The notes under the pieces are model-generated. The model was given only the letters and a program-made list of their open reading frames with translations. It had not been told where the DNA came from and searched no databases. From Trichoplax adhaerens (Eukaryota > Animalia > Placozoa), in the NCBI RefSeq assembly GCF_000150275.1, contig NW_002060948.1, positions 310,001 to 374,000 of the forward strand: a stretch of DNA of 64,000 nucleotides, read 5' to 3'. This document shows positions 29,961-44,719 of this stretch, one piece after another. A program made the translations under genes and the position numbers. Position 1 is the stretch's first letter. Each line of letters begins with the position of its first letter.

Positions 29961-32900
29961 ATATCATGCTAATAAAAAAAATATAACCTGCAGTGGTCTA
30001 TAATCTGTTAAAAAAGTGGCTAGTTTTCTATTTCTAACTATGCAGAAATTTAAAACTGACTAAAATGGTTTATCTAACTAGCGAATGATATAGCTATTAT
30101 CCAGTACTGATAAATCAACATTATTATGATATAAATTTACACCCCTAAAAATTTGAATTGTACTTTTCTAATCTTGGATTAGCTTGAATCTAGATATAGT
30201 AGCCATCTAAAATAAGAATCAAAGTCGCAATCAAACTCAATAATATCTAGTATGCAGAAAAACACCAGCTTGCGAATAATGTCAATCCTATCTCACATTA
30301 GAAATGTGTCGCGTGCTAAGAATACAACACCTAAAATCATCTATAGCACGGACGATGCCACTAATTTAAGGAGAAATGTTTTTACTTAAGGCTAGAAGGA
30401 TAATAAAATAATACTAATGAGGCATTCAATTAATGAAGAATTGATTTAGATTATTTAGTTCATTATATTTCCAAATTTCTTTCATCTCAATTCGTATTCG
30501 TATATGGTGCTAACTTCAAATTGGAATATATTCAAGCTCAATCCTACCCATCACGAACAATACGGAAAGAACAAAGTCAAAAACTGGTAGTTAATATCAA
30601 TAGAATACCAAATTATTAAAAAAGATTTAACTTGATATTGTCTAGAATCAATAACTCAAGCGATGCATAAGTTGTCTAAAGAAAGGATAGAAAATTTTCT
30701 ACTATACTGATCGAAAATTAACTACTGGTCAGCCTATCTTTGGATAGAGTTAAATTATAATTAGAATATTGATGAATTTTAATGACAAGAATTAATCATT
30801 GTTTGTTTTTCACTAAATTATTTGTTGAATTATATAGTAACTAACGATAAAAACGAATCAGTAAAATTGTTTACTCAAACGTTTTCATTAATGTTAATGC
30901 TAAATCATGTAGAGAAAAAGACAAGATGATTTTAATGCTGACATACATCTTACAGGAATATGCTATTACACTGAACCATAAAATGGTGTGAAAATAGGAA
31001 CCATTGTTTATTTTTACTAAATGATTTGTTCAACTATTTACTAGCTAACGATAATAACCTTAACTAAAACTGTGAGCTAGTCAAATTCATCCTTAAAAAT
31101 GCCTTCAAATAGCTATAAATTTGTATTGTCTTGAAAAAAATGGGACCTTTTTTTACTCAGGTAATAGCTCTCATCGGAATGTTCAGTAAAAGGACAACGG
31201 AAGATGTAAAATAGAAGCAGCTTTTATTTTGTATTCAATCTTTGACCGGATATTATTATCAAATTCAACTACCCCATCATCATTCTATATTAATTTCAAT
31301 CACTCATCGAATATTCATCGTAGTCTTATTTGCACCACAATTAAACTTGAAAGGGGTTATAATCATACTACTACATCAATTTAAATGATGTATAGTGCAT
31401 GATTTTATCATAAAAGAAAAAATGAGACGATTTCTTTACTAGAGTGCATCCAAATCTTTCAATAGTCTGATTTCTATAAATTCCTATAGCTGATTTAAAC
31501 GCCCATCGCTGTTGTTGTGTTATTGTGAGATGTGCACATAGAAAACAATACAATGTTATATAAATAATTGAATATTAATTAGCAAAATTAACTAGAAGTA
31601 GTATGTGTTTCCAAGAAAAAAATGCCATTTTGACAACTTGCTCCCGACAAAATAGCGCTTCTAATAGGCATGATAAATCATTTCTTAGAATAATATACCG
31701 TATATTAAGGTATTTTACCATCTATAATAACATTGATAAGGCTGTGAACTTCAATCAATTTCTGTTGAAAATCAAAGTAATATAGTCATTTAATATATTA
31801 ACTCGATATTTCTACAAGACTAAAAAGAATAAGTCAATTTTAAATACTGAAAGCTTTCGTCTTATAATGATAGAATTTAATGCTAAGCAATCTCAATTTG
31901 TTGCAACGCTCAAATCTAAACTACTGTAGATTAAGGTTATAATTGGGTTTCTAGCTAATTTAGTTTCTACAAGTCCTCTATCTATCTGTACTAAGGCTAT
32001 AAGAAACATTCACATCTGAGCTAACAAACATCATTGTGTGCTCATCGATGAAAATTTCATTGCTTGCTAATGATTATTTACCCTTCACCTACCAAATCGC
32101 GTAATCTAATGCAAACCACTTTATTGATATAGAGATGAGTCATAGCTCAAACTTTTCCAATTGCATACCGTTATTTGAAAGTATAATCTTTACACCATGA
32201 CTATAAAGTTTATAAGATGCAAGAGTGCTTCAAGAAATCCCATTTTAGTATTTAACCATCTATGTCAATGTTGTCCTAACAACATTGTTGGAATACTTAC
32301 AAGGACTGCTGCATAAAGCGGAGCATAAGAATTCCTTCGCGTACGGTGTACATTAATTTCCAATAATCTAACAGCATACAAACACAAATCTTTTTCTACA
32401 AATTACTATTATGATACTACTCTATCTATTCAGACTTTAGGATCGACTATAAGCTGTAAACATACCAGTAGGTGCACTCATAGGATATGTTGCAATCGCT
32501 ATTAATTATTGATGATTTAATTGCATAAACACTAAAGTATTCTCTAGATACCATAACCAATAAATAGATAGCTATTATATGAACCTCCATTAAATCAGAA
32601 CGGCTGTTGCAGTAAAAACAATTACATTATCACCGTTCGCGACAATAGCAATTACTACCGTTTTGTAATTAGTTGCTCTTATTTAATTCTGATTGTGAGA
32701 AGAATGGTCACTATGATTTTACTAAATAAAATCGATCGGATGGACTATATTAAATCAACCACATGATCAATAACCAGAAATGATTAATGTCAACAACAAC
32801 ACGTTTGATTGGTTGAAAGTGCCTAAAGCTATGAGGGGAGGCCATGGCGTCAATTGTTATAAAATTAATCAACTGTTATGTAAACAACTTACAAACAATA

Positions 32901-33184
32901 ACAAGCCTGAAACGAGATCAACTTCTACGGCTTGATAAATTCATCGATACAACGTTATACTCATCTTCTTTATGCTGTAAGGAGATTAATTGATAGTTAT
33001 GGACTCTATGGGTCTGTAATCGCTGTTGCCAGCTAGATTCTGCGTGCAAATCACATGATGAAATCCATTAAGTAATTAATCACCGCTGAAACCATATTTT
33101 GTTTTCGGATATACGGTATGAAAGATTATGACGCGAGCGGAATAATAATAAACATTATACAATAAATTAAATTTCATACTAGTA

Positions 33185-33500
33185 CCCCAATCTGCTAACA
33201 TTGTTGTACGTTTATTCCTCATATGCAATAATTTCAAATGCTTAAGATAACAATAAGTAAATGTAGACATAAACTATATTCTCCTAAAAATTAAGATTTA
33301 CTAAAAGTATGGTTTATTTATTTTTTGATAAGAGATTAATAATGAATGTTGATTAATAAATTAAATCTCATACCATTACTCCAGTCTGCTAACGATGTTG
33401 TACGTATCTTCCTCATATGTAATGATTTGAGTAATTAAGATAGCGTTAAGTAATACAGACATGAATCATTATATTCCAACAAAATGAGATTTATTAAAAG
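33185..33500. repeat. Tandem duplication, ~190 bp x2
   Basis: tctgctaac...gttgtacgt...ttcctcatatg...taagata...agacat...agattta(c/t)taaaagta occurs twice. Confidence 0.85.
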
Positions 33501-34080
33501 TAGAGCTAATTCATTGTAACTGTAGTTTATGGTTTCTGTTGTATATATAGTTAGTAATAGATTAAATACGATATGTTAACCATAAAGGCATAAATAAAAG
33601 GAGACACTATATATGTACGTATATGATGATTGTATGGTAGTACTTGTAATACAGTAGCTGATAAATAACATTGTAAAAGGCAGACTGATAAGTTACTAAT
33701 TGTAGTGCGAAGTATAAACTGTAATCATATCGACGTGTAACCTCGTGTAGCTATAAATACCGATCTACTAATAATAAAATGCGGATATCAATCTTACTCA
33801 CGGAGTGAACTTATTATCGAAGAATATAACAGTTTCGATAAGATATACTAAATATGATAAAAATACCGTTTATTGGCATAAGCGTCAGCATGTACTACCA
33901 TATTCAGTTGGACTAATATTGTTATAATATGATCAATCTTATACTGATGTAATTTATGGACTTGACAAGATATACCGCTAATGATAAGTACAAGGTATAA
34001 TTGATAATTGTAATAAAAGACACTCAATCTTCCATTTGATGGTAATATTCTACAAATGAAATTTAGGGCAGTTTGCAAAA

Positions 34081-34680
34081 TGACCGATTTCGCATCCGGT
34101 CTCGTTCATATACACATTAATATAATTTATAAACTTCATAAATCATGAAGTCGTAAATTTTTATAAACAACAAAAAAATCTCTCGAAGGTTAATGAAATA
34201 TAATTTCCTACATTGTTTTCACAAATCTTGTCAAATTAAACGTTTTAAGCGCCATAATATGGGACAGTAATACTGTAACAAGACCATTGATTTTTTAATG
34301 TACTATTGAAGCAAAATTGTTTATTAAATATATATGGTAGTATTTACATAAATCGATATTCATGAATTACTTGGCAATGCAGGCAACGACAATAACGATC
34401 ATTACTACTACAATTATACATTCTACAGAAACATTTATTGTACGAAAAATGTTGAATCCAATCGAATCTACAGTTATTATTCCAAGATATTTTGCAAAGG
34501 CTACAGATATTATTATCATTTTCCTTACCCGAATCAGACGAGGATTCTAACATTAAATTCAAGCTAGGGTTTTTTATTCACTTTGTTAATCCGGGTTGCA
34601 CATTTGCCATTCTTACTATAAATAGCCGCATATATCAATCCAAATTGGCCGAAACCATCGTACTACATGACCGATTTTAA
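34081..34680 (-). mobile_element. DNA-transposon remnant: TIR-like end (34081-34112) plus a decayed PHD-finger-like coding relic (34344-34562)
   Basis: 34081-34112 matches the reverse complement of 53296-53327 at 30 of 32 positions. The relic NICSLCKISW...DWIQHFSYNKCFCRM...YCRCLHCQ resembles the C-terminal PHD of pogo-like transposases. Confidence 0.5.
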
Positions 34681-35599
34681 AACAAGCATAGTCTGCGCTG
34701 GTCTGATAGACTGATGCTATTAAAATGTATATTACGTTCGTAGTAAGATTATTATAGTATTTAGTACAGTGTAGGACGAACATATAGAAAAATATACACG
34801 TTAGATTATACAAATATTGTTAATTCAAAAAAAAATTAGGAGTTCGCCCTGTAGGCTTAATAACGAGCATTAGTATGTGTTAGGTTATTAACTTACTACA
34901 TGTCCACAGATAAGACCCACGTAGAGATTGTTTTTTTTATTTAAACCAGAAAATAATATTAGTTAATTCATTCGTAATGAAATTTATGAATCTAGCAAGG
35001 CGATTACCTTCAATATAAAGAACATCGATGGCAGATATCGGTATCTTGGATTCTATAATACTATTTTATAAAACTAAATTTAGGAAGTCTGATAAATAGC
35101 GTATAAACGGCATAAATACGTACAAGCATACCCTGCTATATTCCAGTAGACTGGTTTTCTTAATAAAATAATTAAAGCCATTATAAATGTAGTTCATGCA
35201 TTGAATAAGATATCTACTAATGATAAAACGAAAATATAGCTGATAATAAACATCTTAAATATATTTAGATCGGATACAATTACCTTATGAAGCAAAATCT
35301 AGAAATTATGACAATTGTTATATAATTCACATCAGTATTACTAATGATAAAATAAACTACACTTGATAACAAGCCATATTTTGGAGTGCATAATTCTAAT
35401 TTGCAACATAAAATTTAAGGAATATGAGAACTATTACATAATCGGAGTAAATATTGAGATGCACGTATGTTTCTTCGCAATACTATTTCATAAAGAATAG
35501 AAGTACCTTGATTGGTATGTGCCATGTTTCATAGAGATTTTGCTGTAGCTATGTGCTACTTACTTAAATTATGTCCTAACAGCTTAATATACTGATATG

Positions 35600-36180
35600 A
35601 AGTAACTGTCTTCAGTCTTATATGATTGTAATATCGTTTTCACAGTAATTTTAGTCCACAGAGGAATCCAGTACTATAAAAGCTTTTTATTACAAGGTTC
35701 TAAAGAATAGTACAGCAATAATTAATTACTCACAAGAATCTAGTCTAAAGTAATCTGAGCTCAATTAGATATCAAATCTTTTTTCCTTCTTTACGCTCAG
35801 ATTTGTACACCTTATATACTTTTCTCTGAATCTATTTAAGGCAATAACATCGTCTACAATCAGACATGAATCATCACTACATTTTACAGTATTAATCAAA
35901 CTGCTTACAATATTATTACTTTACCATTAATGTCCAACACCGTAAGGTATTGGGCATCTTTACAATCTTAGTATTTCAAGTCGTATAACGTCCTGTACCA
36001 TAATTAGTTAACAGCTATATTAGTGAATAACACTTTCTAATATAGTAGTTACCAGTCACCTAAATCTAGCAGCACAAGAATATCTATTTTTAGAAACTTA
36101 ACTATTCTAAATATAGTACACAACACAATCAAATATAGCTATCGCTACAAGCAAATATAGGGTGCATCACTACAATGATT
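35600..36180 (-). repeat. Dispersed repeat copy 1 (inverted relative to 60940-61540)
   Basis: The reverse complement contains aagatgcccaataccttacggtgttggacattaat, tagactagattcttgtgagtaattaattattgct and ttgtagtgatgcac, collinear with copy 2. Confidence 0.85.
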
Positions 36181-39100
36181 TATCGTATACAATGCAAAAT
36201 TTATTTTCTGAATAAAATGCATTAAATCAGTCTCTAATAGCTACTTAATTTACTTCGAAAGATTTATCGAACCCTTTATCTCAATATATAGCTGTAGAAG
36301 TGAGTAATCTATGCCAGCTAATGTGACATGCAGTATTAAAATCGCTAGTAAAATTAGCATAAAAGATTACTATAATATTGTTTTAAATCTTACACAATTT
36401 ATATGTATAGAATAAAATCGATTTTTTCCACTAAAGTGCTTTATATTAATCTCATAGAGCTACTAAAGCTGTTTTTGCAGATTTGCTAAACCCTTCATCA
36501 AAATGCTTAATCGCAAAAATGAGTAATCCATAACCACTAATATCTTGTTACAAGATTAATTTCGCTATAAAAATAATTAATCATAAAAGTTCATTATCAC
36601 ATGACATGCTTACTTGATTTAACGTAACTCTAACTAAACAAATAATATCATACAACATTATAGTCTTGAAATTACAAAATATTCTTAGAAATGGTAGTAA
36701 CACAATTACATAATATATGTGATAGCTTCTCATAATAAAGTTCTTTACTCATTGCTATAAATGCCCTGTATGTACTGGCATTATTCTAATAATATTAACT
36801 TTATAAACTATAACTTATTTCAAAAATTATAACTCTTTTGTAACATTTACCGACGCAATAAAATGATAATCGCAGTTTTTCATCTACTGTACAATTTTTT
36901 ACAAGAATTTAGATATGACTCATGTCAAAATGTAGACTCATTCAAAAATAGCAGTGATGACGTATCGCTAATATTTTACAACGTAAAATTTATTCACAAT
37001 GGTTAATGAATTTTTAAGTAAGGTTTATTACCAGTGCCGGACATTCATGCTGACCCAAGGTATATTTTATCACAAAGAAAGTAGTTTTATACATACGCTA
37101 TATTTCATTCAGTACTTTCTCTTGAAGGGCATTGATATTCCCAATTTATTATATTTTTTAATTCATGGTCCAACCTTTCACTATATTTATATATGAGACT
37201 TTTTAACTATTATTGTACTCGCTCAAACAAATGCTATCAACCTTTCAGATTAATTAGCAATTTTATGATACTCGATAAACAAATTACTACACTACATTAC
37301 AACGTTATCATTGTATGTTGACTGAATTGAATACGAATACATAATTATTGTAGCCAGTATAAATACGTATTTTATCATAATGATGTTACTTTTACATCTG
37401 TCAATATTTCATATGATTCATATCTAATTATAATTACCATAGCAGTGCAATGCTACAAATTGATTCTAAACAATAAAGTCAGACAGAAGCTACAGTAAAC
37501 TATATCAATACATGTAAAGTTCGAAATTTTGATAAATTCCTTTACGACTAAATTGTACAACCAAAATAACAAGCTTACAGCTTAAATATATTAAAAAGAA
37601 TTATCGAGTCTATCAAGACATAAATCTCAAGTTATACTTTCAGTGAATAATATCAGTAATTGTTACTCCTGTCATATAAGCGCGACTTTTCATAAATACA
37701 GTATATCTTTAAGTAGTACTAAATGCTTTCAATGTATTAATTTTAGAACTTCATTTAATTCTGGTAAGCTTCCATAAATAATGTTACGCTAACAAAATTT
37801 CTCTCAAGCAAAAATTAAGCCTAAGTAGTCTATATCACTTTATTCTACACCGGTAATAAATCATTGCTATCTAGTTCGATGCTAATGTTGTCATTCCATT
37901 TAATTTAATCAGTATAGAAAAAGTTTATTCAGTTTTATACTATACCAAATATACATATCGTGGTAATAATTGGATTTTTGGGGGTTACTATATTTGGTTG
38001 CCAAATATCGTACATCGCCAAAAGTCAACAGCGGATTTACGTAAGGAACAATTAATATCATAATGATTTACTTCTGCTTTTCCATCACAATGATAACAAT
38101 AACTTATATTTCCGATAACTAAATTACTTCTTCACGAATTAATACACAAACATTGGTCTCCGGCGTATATTTTTCCGCTGATGTTCAAATTTTATTTCAA
38201 GAGGGATATAATTTTGTTTTATAATAAAACTATGTATCGATATTCTAGTACAGAGCAGATAAAAAAATTAAAGCTTAGCTAATTGGATCAATTTATTTTA
38301 GTTATCCTGATATCAGCGTTCAACTTAACTAGAACTTTATATAGTTATACGAAGGCTATTCGTCTAAAACAATTGATACTAGTTATATTTTATGCCATTG
38401 CAATATTATAATCATGGCATTGAAGACGAAAACAAAAGCGCCTTTGTTTTGTGACAATTTATAATTAGAATAAATCTTAAATATATTTTACGCTCAACAT
38501 AATTCATTAGAAAGTAATTGCACAAACCGAATACACTATAGAAGAAACAAATACAATTAGGTTCTATCCATACTTAAAATTGCAAATGGTTTTGCTGATT
38601 TAAACTAAAGTAGCTACTATACGCATATCATATCAACGATATTGTAGTATAAATGGATTAGATGAAAACGAATAAAAATATCGGACGCATATGCGAAATT
38701 TAATAGTTAATAACCTCATTTTACACTATTTTCTTATTGTACATTCTTAAAATAACACTGGAGTTATTATTGATCAGTACTATTCAGTTAGATCATTTTG
38801 ATCACTGTTTTGGCTACATTAATCCTCAAAGATTGTCCACGACGTTGGAATCAACAAGAAAAATCCACTTTAGATTGATTTTGCTCATAATAGAAAAATG
38901 ATTTCTATTCAAAACATTAATAAAGAGCAACTTCAAATTTGCATCTTCTATTATATCCAATTCAATGAATGTAGATGGAGAATTAATCAATCGCCTGTCT
39001 CCATCACTACCCATAAATTGTTGTTATCGATATTCATTTATAAATTATGATATCCTTCAAGAAATGAAAATACCTTAAATCGGATCATGATTAATAATAA

Positions 39101-40653
39101 ACATTTTAATTATCATATTATCCTGAAATATATCAATATTTAAATTCAGACGATTAATACAATAAGAAATCAATTATTATCAGAGTCACAATGCCTATAA
39201 AAAAGATTATCAAGACCGTCCTTAACATATTTGAAGAATCTTATATATCCAATAAAATCAATTATTAAGCTAGAAGACTTTACTTGTGGGGTTTTATTTT
39301 ATCTTTATTAATTAGCTCCACTTGAGCGAACGGGAAAAAGGACTAGCATTTTAAAGCAAAGAAAATTTTAAATTCTCTTCTTTTTTACACTGGTACAAAT
39401 CGAACAAACTCATCTAACAAATGCAAACGAATTGATACATGTAACTACTAATACCTACGATCTGGACATTTTGGATGGCTATCTAGAAAAACCAAACTCT
39501 CTTTTTTCATTTTTGCTATTCAAATAAGAAAACGCACTTCAGTCAAGATGGCCAATAAATATTAAAGCTGAAAAATGTTCCAATATTCTTAATAACTGAT
39601 TTACATTTATCATCATTCTCAACCACAACACCCAATCTTCTATTATTATACGAAAAGAATGCTACATATCACATACATAAGGCAATTTAAACGTCTTTTC
39701 GTGGTTATTCGTGGATAAAAATTAAACAGAACCTAGATTTGTCCTTGTCGATCCGATACTGGATATATTATGCACCTAATGCGGAAAAATCCTCTCAGTA
39801 TCACTATTACTTCGACAGAATCAATAGTCCCCATTTAACATTAGATGAAGCTTATCACTGCCTATTTTGTTCAAGAATTTACTTGATAGGAAACTATTTA
39901 GAAAAGAAATTTTAACTATTTCAGATTTCAAAGATTTGCAGAATATTTGCCCGGAGATTTAGCATCGTCATAGTCAAGATTAGGCATCTTTCGGGTCCTA
40001 AAAAACTACTTTTTTGAATATCTTGAATACCATGGCAAGAATATCGTTGTAGTAATCTTTCAAGTTTCCCAACATATTCAAAAGTTGATAAAAGTATCAT
40101 TCTTTTTTAGATCGCCCAGGCAATCATTGGTTATTAGAAAAAACAAATAGTCAATATATTTACAGGCACTGATAAAACTTAATTGCAGTACTATTCAAGT
40201 TATAATTACGAACAGACTTTATTGTCTCTAATCTGCGTCAATATTTTTTAGAAAGGAACTTCAAGAAACTAGTTTCTGTTCACAAGATAAATCAATATTG
40301 GTTGATACCATCTTTACATAGCGAGGAATCAATTTATTCAATATAACAGCTAGAACTTTCTCTCTATAAAAGCAAATTGAGAATATCTTGGTATAATCAT
40401 TATACAGCTTTTCTTGAAAATTGTAAAAGCTTACAATTTGTACGTAAAAAACAGATCTTTAAAACGTTAAAAAGGCACATTGTTTTTATTTTCAAGCCTC
40501 TGCACCACCTACCTATTTTTTCACTTTTAGCCATTCAAGAAAACTATTCAAACTAGCTTGATCTCCAATAATACTGATTTATTGTTTGTAAATATCTTAT
40601 ACTCGACAGATTGTTCACAAAATCAATTCATTTTATTTGTAACATCTGCCATC

Positions 40654-41652
40654 ATGTCTCGTCCTGTATTACTTGGAGCTGGAATTGCTACCTTAATTAC
40701 TAATAGTGCTTTATTTGCTTTCATTAGAAGTAAGCGAAATTTACGTTTATTATCTCACATACTTTTACAAAGTATGCTCATTAATGGTTTTATATGGGGT
40801 CTTTATCAAGTAATTCGATTCAGTAACAATTTCTCATATACAATTGGAATCATCTGCATCGTTTTACCTCGTCTTGGTCAAGCCATATTTATCAGTTTAA
40901 ATTTGCATTCTTGTCTTATTATGTCAGAACGTTATTTTGCTATCGCTTATCCATTTCGCTACAACAGACTCCTAACAATCGGAAATTTATCCATTGCCGT
41001 TGCGCTTGTTTGGCTATTGCCAACTGCAGTACCTTTAGTCTCGATCATCGATGGCATCTATTCCAATCGGTTAACTAACTGCAGCGTAGCCAACATTCAA
41101 CAATTTCTTAGAATTGATTTCATTTGCCATCTAATTATGTTAATACTAGCTACTTTATTACTTACGTTATTACTTGCTATGTATAATCGGATTATCTATC
41201 TTCTTAAATTGAGCCAGCTTCATCAAGTAGGAGTTGCTACTCATGGATATAGTCTTTCATCGGGCGAGATGGTGGACAATTCAGTACCGCGCAGCAGTTT
41301 GGCGCTGAGAAAGAAAGCAGTTATACAAGCTATGGTCGTCTTTACATTTTATGTCATCTTTTTACTACCCTTTCAAATATTATCTACTATTACCTTATCT
41401 GATTTCAGTTACTTTAGATTTTTAGTACCCTCTGTGCTTGTTGTACGTGATATTGCCTTTTGTTATCCTGCCTTGCAACCGCTAGTATATGCTTATTTTA
41501 CTGCTGATATCCGTAAAGAGATTTGTGCAGTCTATTACAAGATAGTGAAATCAACACGTTTACAAGGTAGAACGTCAAAGAATACAACTAGAGTATCTAC
41601 TTTCAAGGGAGCTTCTGATATGCATTTACCTATCATGACTTCCAATAATTAA
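40654..41652 (+). CDS. Orphan class A (rhodopsin-like) GPCR with an intronless 7TM region. The frame is open from a splice acceptor at 40530, so the true start may be in an upstream exon
   Basis: Multiple hydrophobic segments; TM1 N (LITNSAL), TM3 CIVL...MSERYFAIAYPFRY, TM4 W..P, TM6 FYVIFLLPF, TM7 QPLVYAYF, helix 8 DIRKEI. Confidence 0.9.
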   Translation: MSRPVLLGAGIATLITNSALFAFIRSKRNLRLLSHILLQSMLINGFIWGLYQVIRFSNNFSYTIGIICIVLPRLGQAIFISLNLHSCLIMSERYFAIAYPFRYNRLLTIGNLSIAVALVWLLPTAVPLVSIIDGIYSNRLTNCSVANIQQFLRIDFICHLIMLILATLLLTLLLAMYNRIIYLLKLSQLHQVGVATHGYSLSSGEMVDNSVPRSSLALRKKAVIQAMVVFTFYVIFLLPFQILSTITLSDFSYFRFLVPSVLVVRDIAFCYPALQPLVYAYFTADIRKEICAVYYKIVKSTRLQGRTSKNTTRVSTFKGASDMHLPIMTSNN

Positions 41653-42794
41653 AGTTGAATGTCATGAAAAGAAATTGAACGATATTCTAAGCATAAAATG
41701 ATATTACATTGACGAAAAGATTAAATTCATCACAAATCCATTTTTATTCCCCTTTGATATAATATATTATATAATAAGTCTATACCAAAGTTAACGCTGA
41801 ATATTAGTAGACAAATAGGTTTGTATAATTGCTGTATTTCCTCTACAAAGATCTTTTATATAAAATATTTGTATTTACTATTAAGTTGAAATTCCTTTCA
41901 ACCCGATATATAAATAAAATGGATCATAGTTACTTTCTGTCTAAACCTTAAGGATATATTAAGTATGTATTAGATCTTATGCGTGCATTATAGATTATAG
42001 TATCAATTTATTATTGAATTCCTTGTACTCTTTAATATAATCAATAATTAGGTTTGCAACCGAACTTACATAACTATTCTAAATTGTTTCATCCATCGTG
42101 TCTTCGGATCTTCGCTGTTAAAATAGTTACGGTATATTATTTAACTACTATATTAATATCACAATGCAATTTAAATCTTACCCACATTATACTATTGAAG
42201 GAAAGCCGTAATTTTAATGTATGTATTGAAGTCAATATTTCATCTTTTTAAGCTTCCTTTCTGGCCTTATTTTTCCTTGATTGTCGATATATTGATATCT
42301 AAATTAAATTTATCCTCAAATTTACGATAGTCCATGCTCACAAACATGTAACAAATATATGAACTCGATTCATGAATATAAGCAATCGGCCTTCAATATT
42401 TCACGTGGAGATATTCAATTGTGTCGATTATGCCGAGACTCATACATGGTGAGAATATGTGCTGAAATATCTATATATGTGAATGTTAACCTTATAAATG
42501 ATGATTGAGCACTAATCTGGAATGGAATATCTTGAATGCATTATCTACTAATCTCTAGTTTCTGCGCATTTGGGAATGATATTTTAGATTTATTTTTATG
42601 CCAATGAAAATAGGGAGATAATAGATAGTCAATAATTGAAATAGCATGAGTATTGCATGATCTACTCTTAGCATTTGTTACTGACATTCTATGTACAGCT
42701 AGAGATCTCGATTGCTCCCTTAATTCAAGAGCTTCGAATTTTGACCAAGTTGTCAATGATTCAAACTCAATTAACAATTTATTTTGATACTGAT

Positions 42795-43065
42795 ACATAA
42801 TATTATTATAATAAGCAGTCTACAAGAATCTAGGTTTACAAATATATATATTAGACATAAGTGTACCGGATTAATGCAATTATTTACCACCAATAACAAT
42901 TATATTTACTATTTTTATAATGCTTAATAGTGATCCATAATAGTATAATAAGCAGTCTAAAAGAATCTCGCTTTTTAAATACGTATAGCAGATATGGGTG
43001 TACTAAATTAATTAATATAATTATTTACTACCAATAACAACTATCTTTACTTTTTCTATAATGCT
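42795..43065. repeat. Tandem duplication, ~130-135 bp x2
   Basis: agcagtcta..agaatct...tgtac...ttattta..accaataacaa...tttact...tataatgct occurs twice. Confidence 0.85.
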
Positions 43066-44719
43066 ATATGCGTGTACATAGGTACTGCATACGGGAATAA
43101 TCATTCATAGAATAGCGAAATATTAGAAGATAAAATTACGCTAGAAAAGGTTACGATAATGTTATGGTCTTGTTTATAACTTCATAGTGAGTTTGAGTGT
43201 CATAAATAATTGACTTCATGGCTCTACTACTGCTCTTTACAAAAGTTGTATCGATTTTGTTACAGCAATCAGATGATAAAAATGTTGGAGCTTAAGCAAC
43301 TTGATTTAAATTAATAATGCGCCCGTAATCCAGAAAGTACATTAATATCGTCAGATTGATATCGGTACCTATTATTAAGGAGTCTAATATGTTTCTGCTG
43401 CTGCATATACCTATAATAACTTTGATTCGTAAAATGGATAAAACTTGCATTAGAAAGTGATCATAACGATATGACAATATGTTAATAAAGCCATATCAAA
43501 AGTTACCTTTGCAATCAATCCATACCATATGTTATCGTCAATATCTGCACTTTTGCCTCTATTTATTACTCGTATGCACACTATAGTAATTTAAGAATTT
43601 ATAAAATATTAATTAAATAGCGCAGTAATGCCAGAGATTTTCAAGAGAACATTGCTCCTTCCATAACTTTTAAATAATTTCATTCGATTTCAACCTTCGT
43701 TACTAAAGAGCTTTGTTATATTATCGTAAATTACCTGAAGGTTATCATACCACATCAAAATAAGATGATTGACTTCATCATTAAAAATGCTTGCCTCATG
43801 ATTAATAAATGAAATTAATTTATTTACTACCGGTACATAAATAATAGAAAACTGTTAGAAATTCAAAACGTTTCATCTTTTATGCACAGAAAGTATTTAT
43901 TACAATGGGCGTTTATTAAATAAAGATCATGGATAGAATTCTTAACTATAATCTAATTGATACACATATCTATGATTATTCGTCAGTCATGATGATTAAT
44001 AAATCAAATTTTTTAATATCTATCAAGCATGATCAAAAATAAGATTGATTTCCATCCAATGCCTAATTGCAATTTTCTAATTTTTGCCATCATATTATGA
44101 CCATAGACATCAATCTAAGCGGATGCGTTAAATCATTATATTGCATTCTAATCTCGCTTGAGTAACTTTAAATGAAATTATATGAAAGTTTTTAGTCACT
44201 TTCTTTTGGTATTGAATAGCCAACTTTATGCTTATCGGCGACAAGAAAGATATTGTAGTTACTGCCTTTTATGATGGATATATAAGATAGACATCAGCAA
44301 TGAAATATTAATATCGATTATAATGGCCATAACTTGGATATGTTTTTGTATTCTCTGACAGATTAAATAAAAATTGTTCATCTGTGGCGACTTATTCGGA
44401 TTTGAAATGATTTATTCAACACTATTGTTCAGGATATCGTGCAAAATTAAAACGAAATCTTACAATACCCTAGATACATGAAATTGTTTATTTTCATAGC
44501 CAGATAAATCTCTCTTGACCTTATCCACTTAACATTATATAACGTAAAGAATGCACTTTGTTTTTCTATGAACAAGTCAATAGAAGGAAGAAGCTTTCAA
44601 TATAATGTAACTTACTGCTTCATTGAAGTAAAATACTAATTTTATGGCTAGTTATGCAAGCTTATTACAAACCATCACAAAATTGAAATATTGTAGCAAT
44701 ATGCACAATACTGGGTGGT

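Noticed and set aside
28200-40400. Short ORFs in the long intergenic region (e.g. 38826-39014, 36999-37196, 33848-34078)
   Set aside because: No motifs or consistent splice-phase chain were found, and composition is typical of AT-rich non-coding DNA. Small exons could still have been missed.
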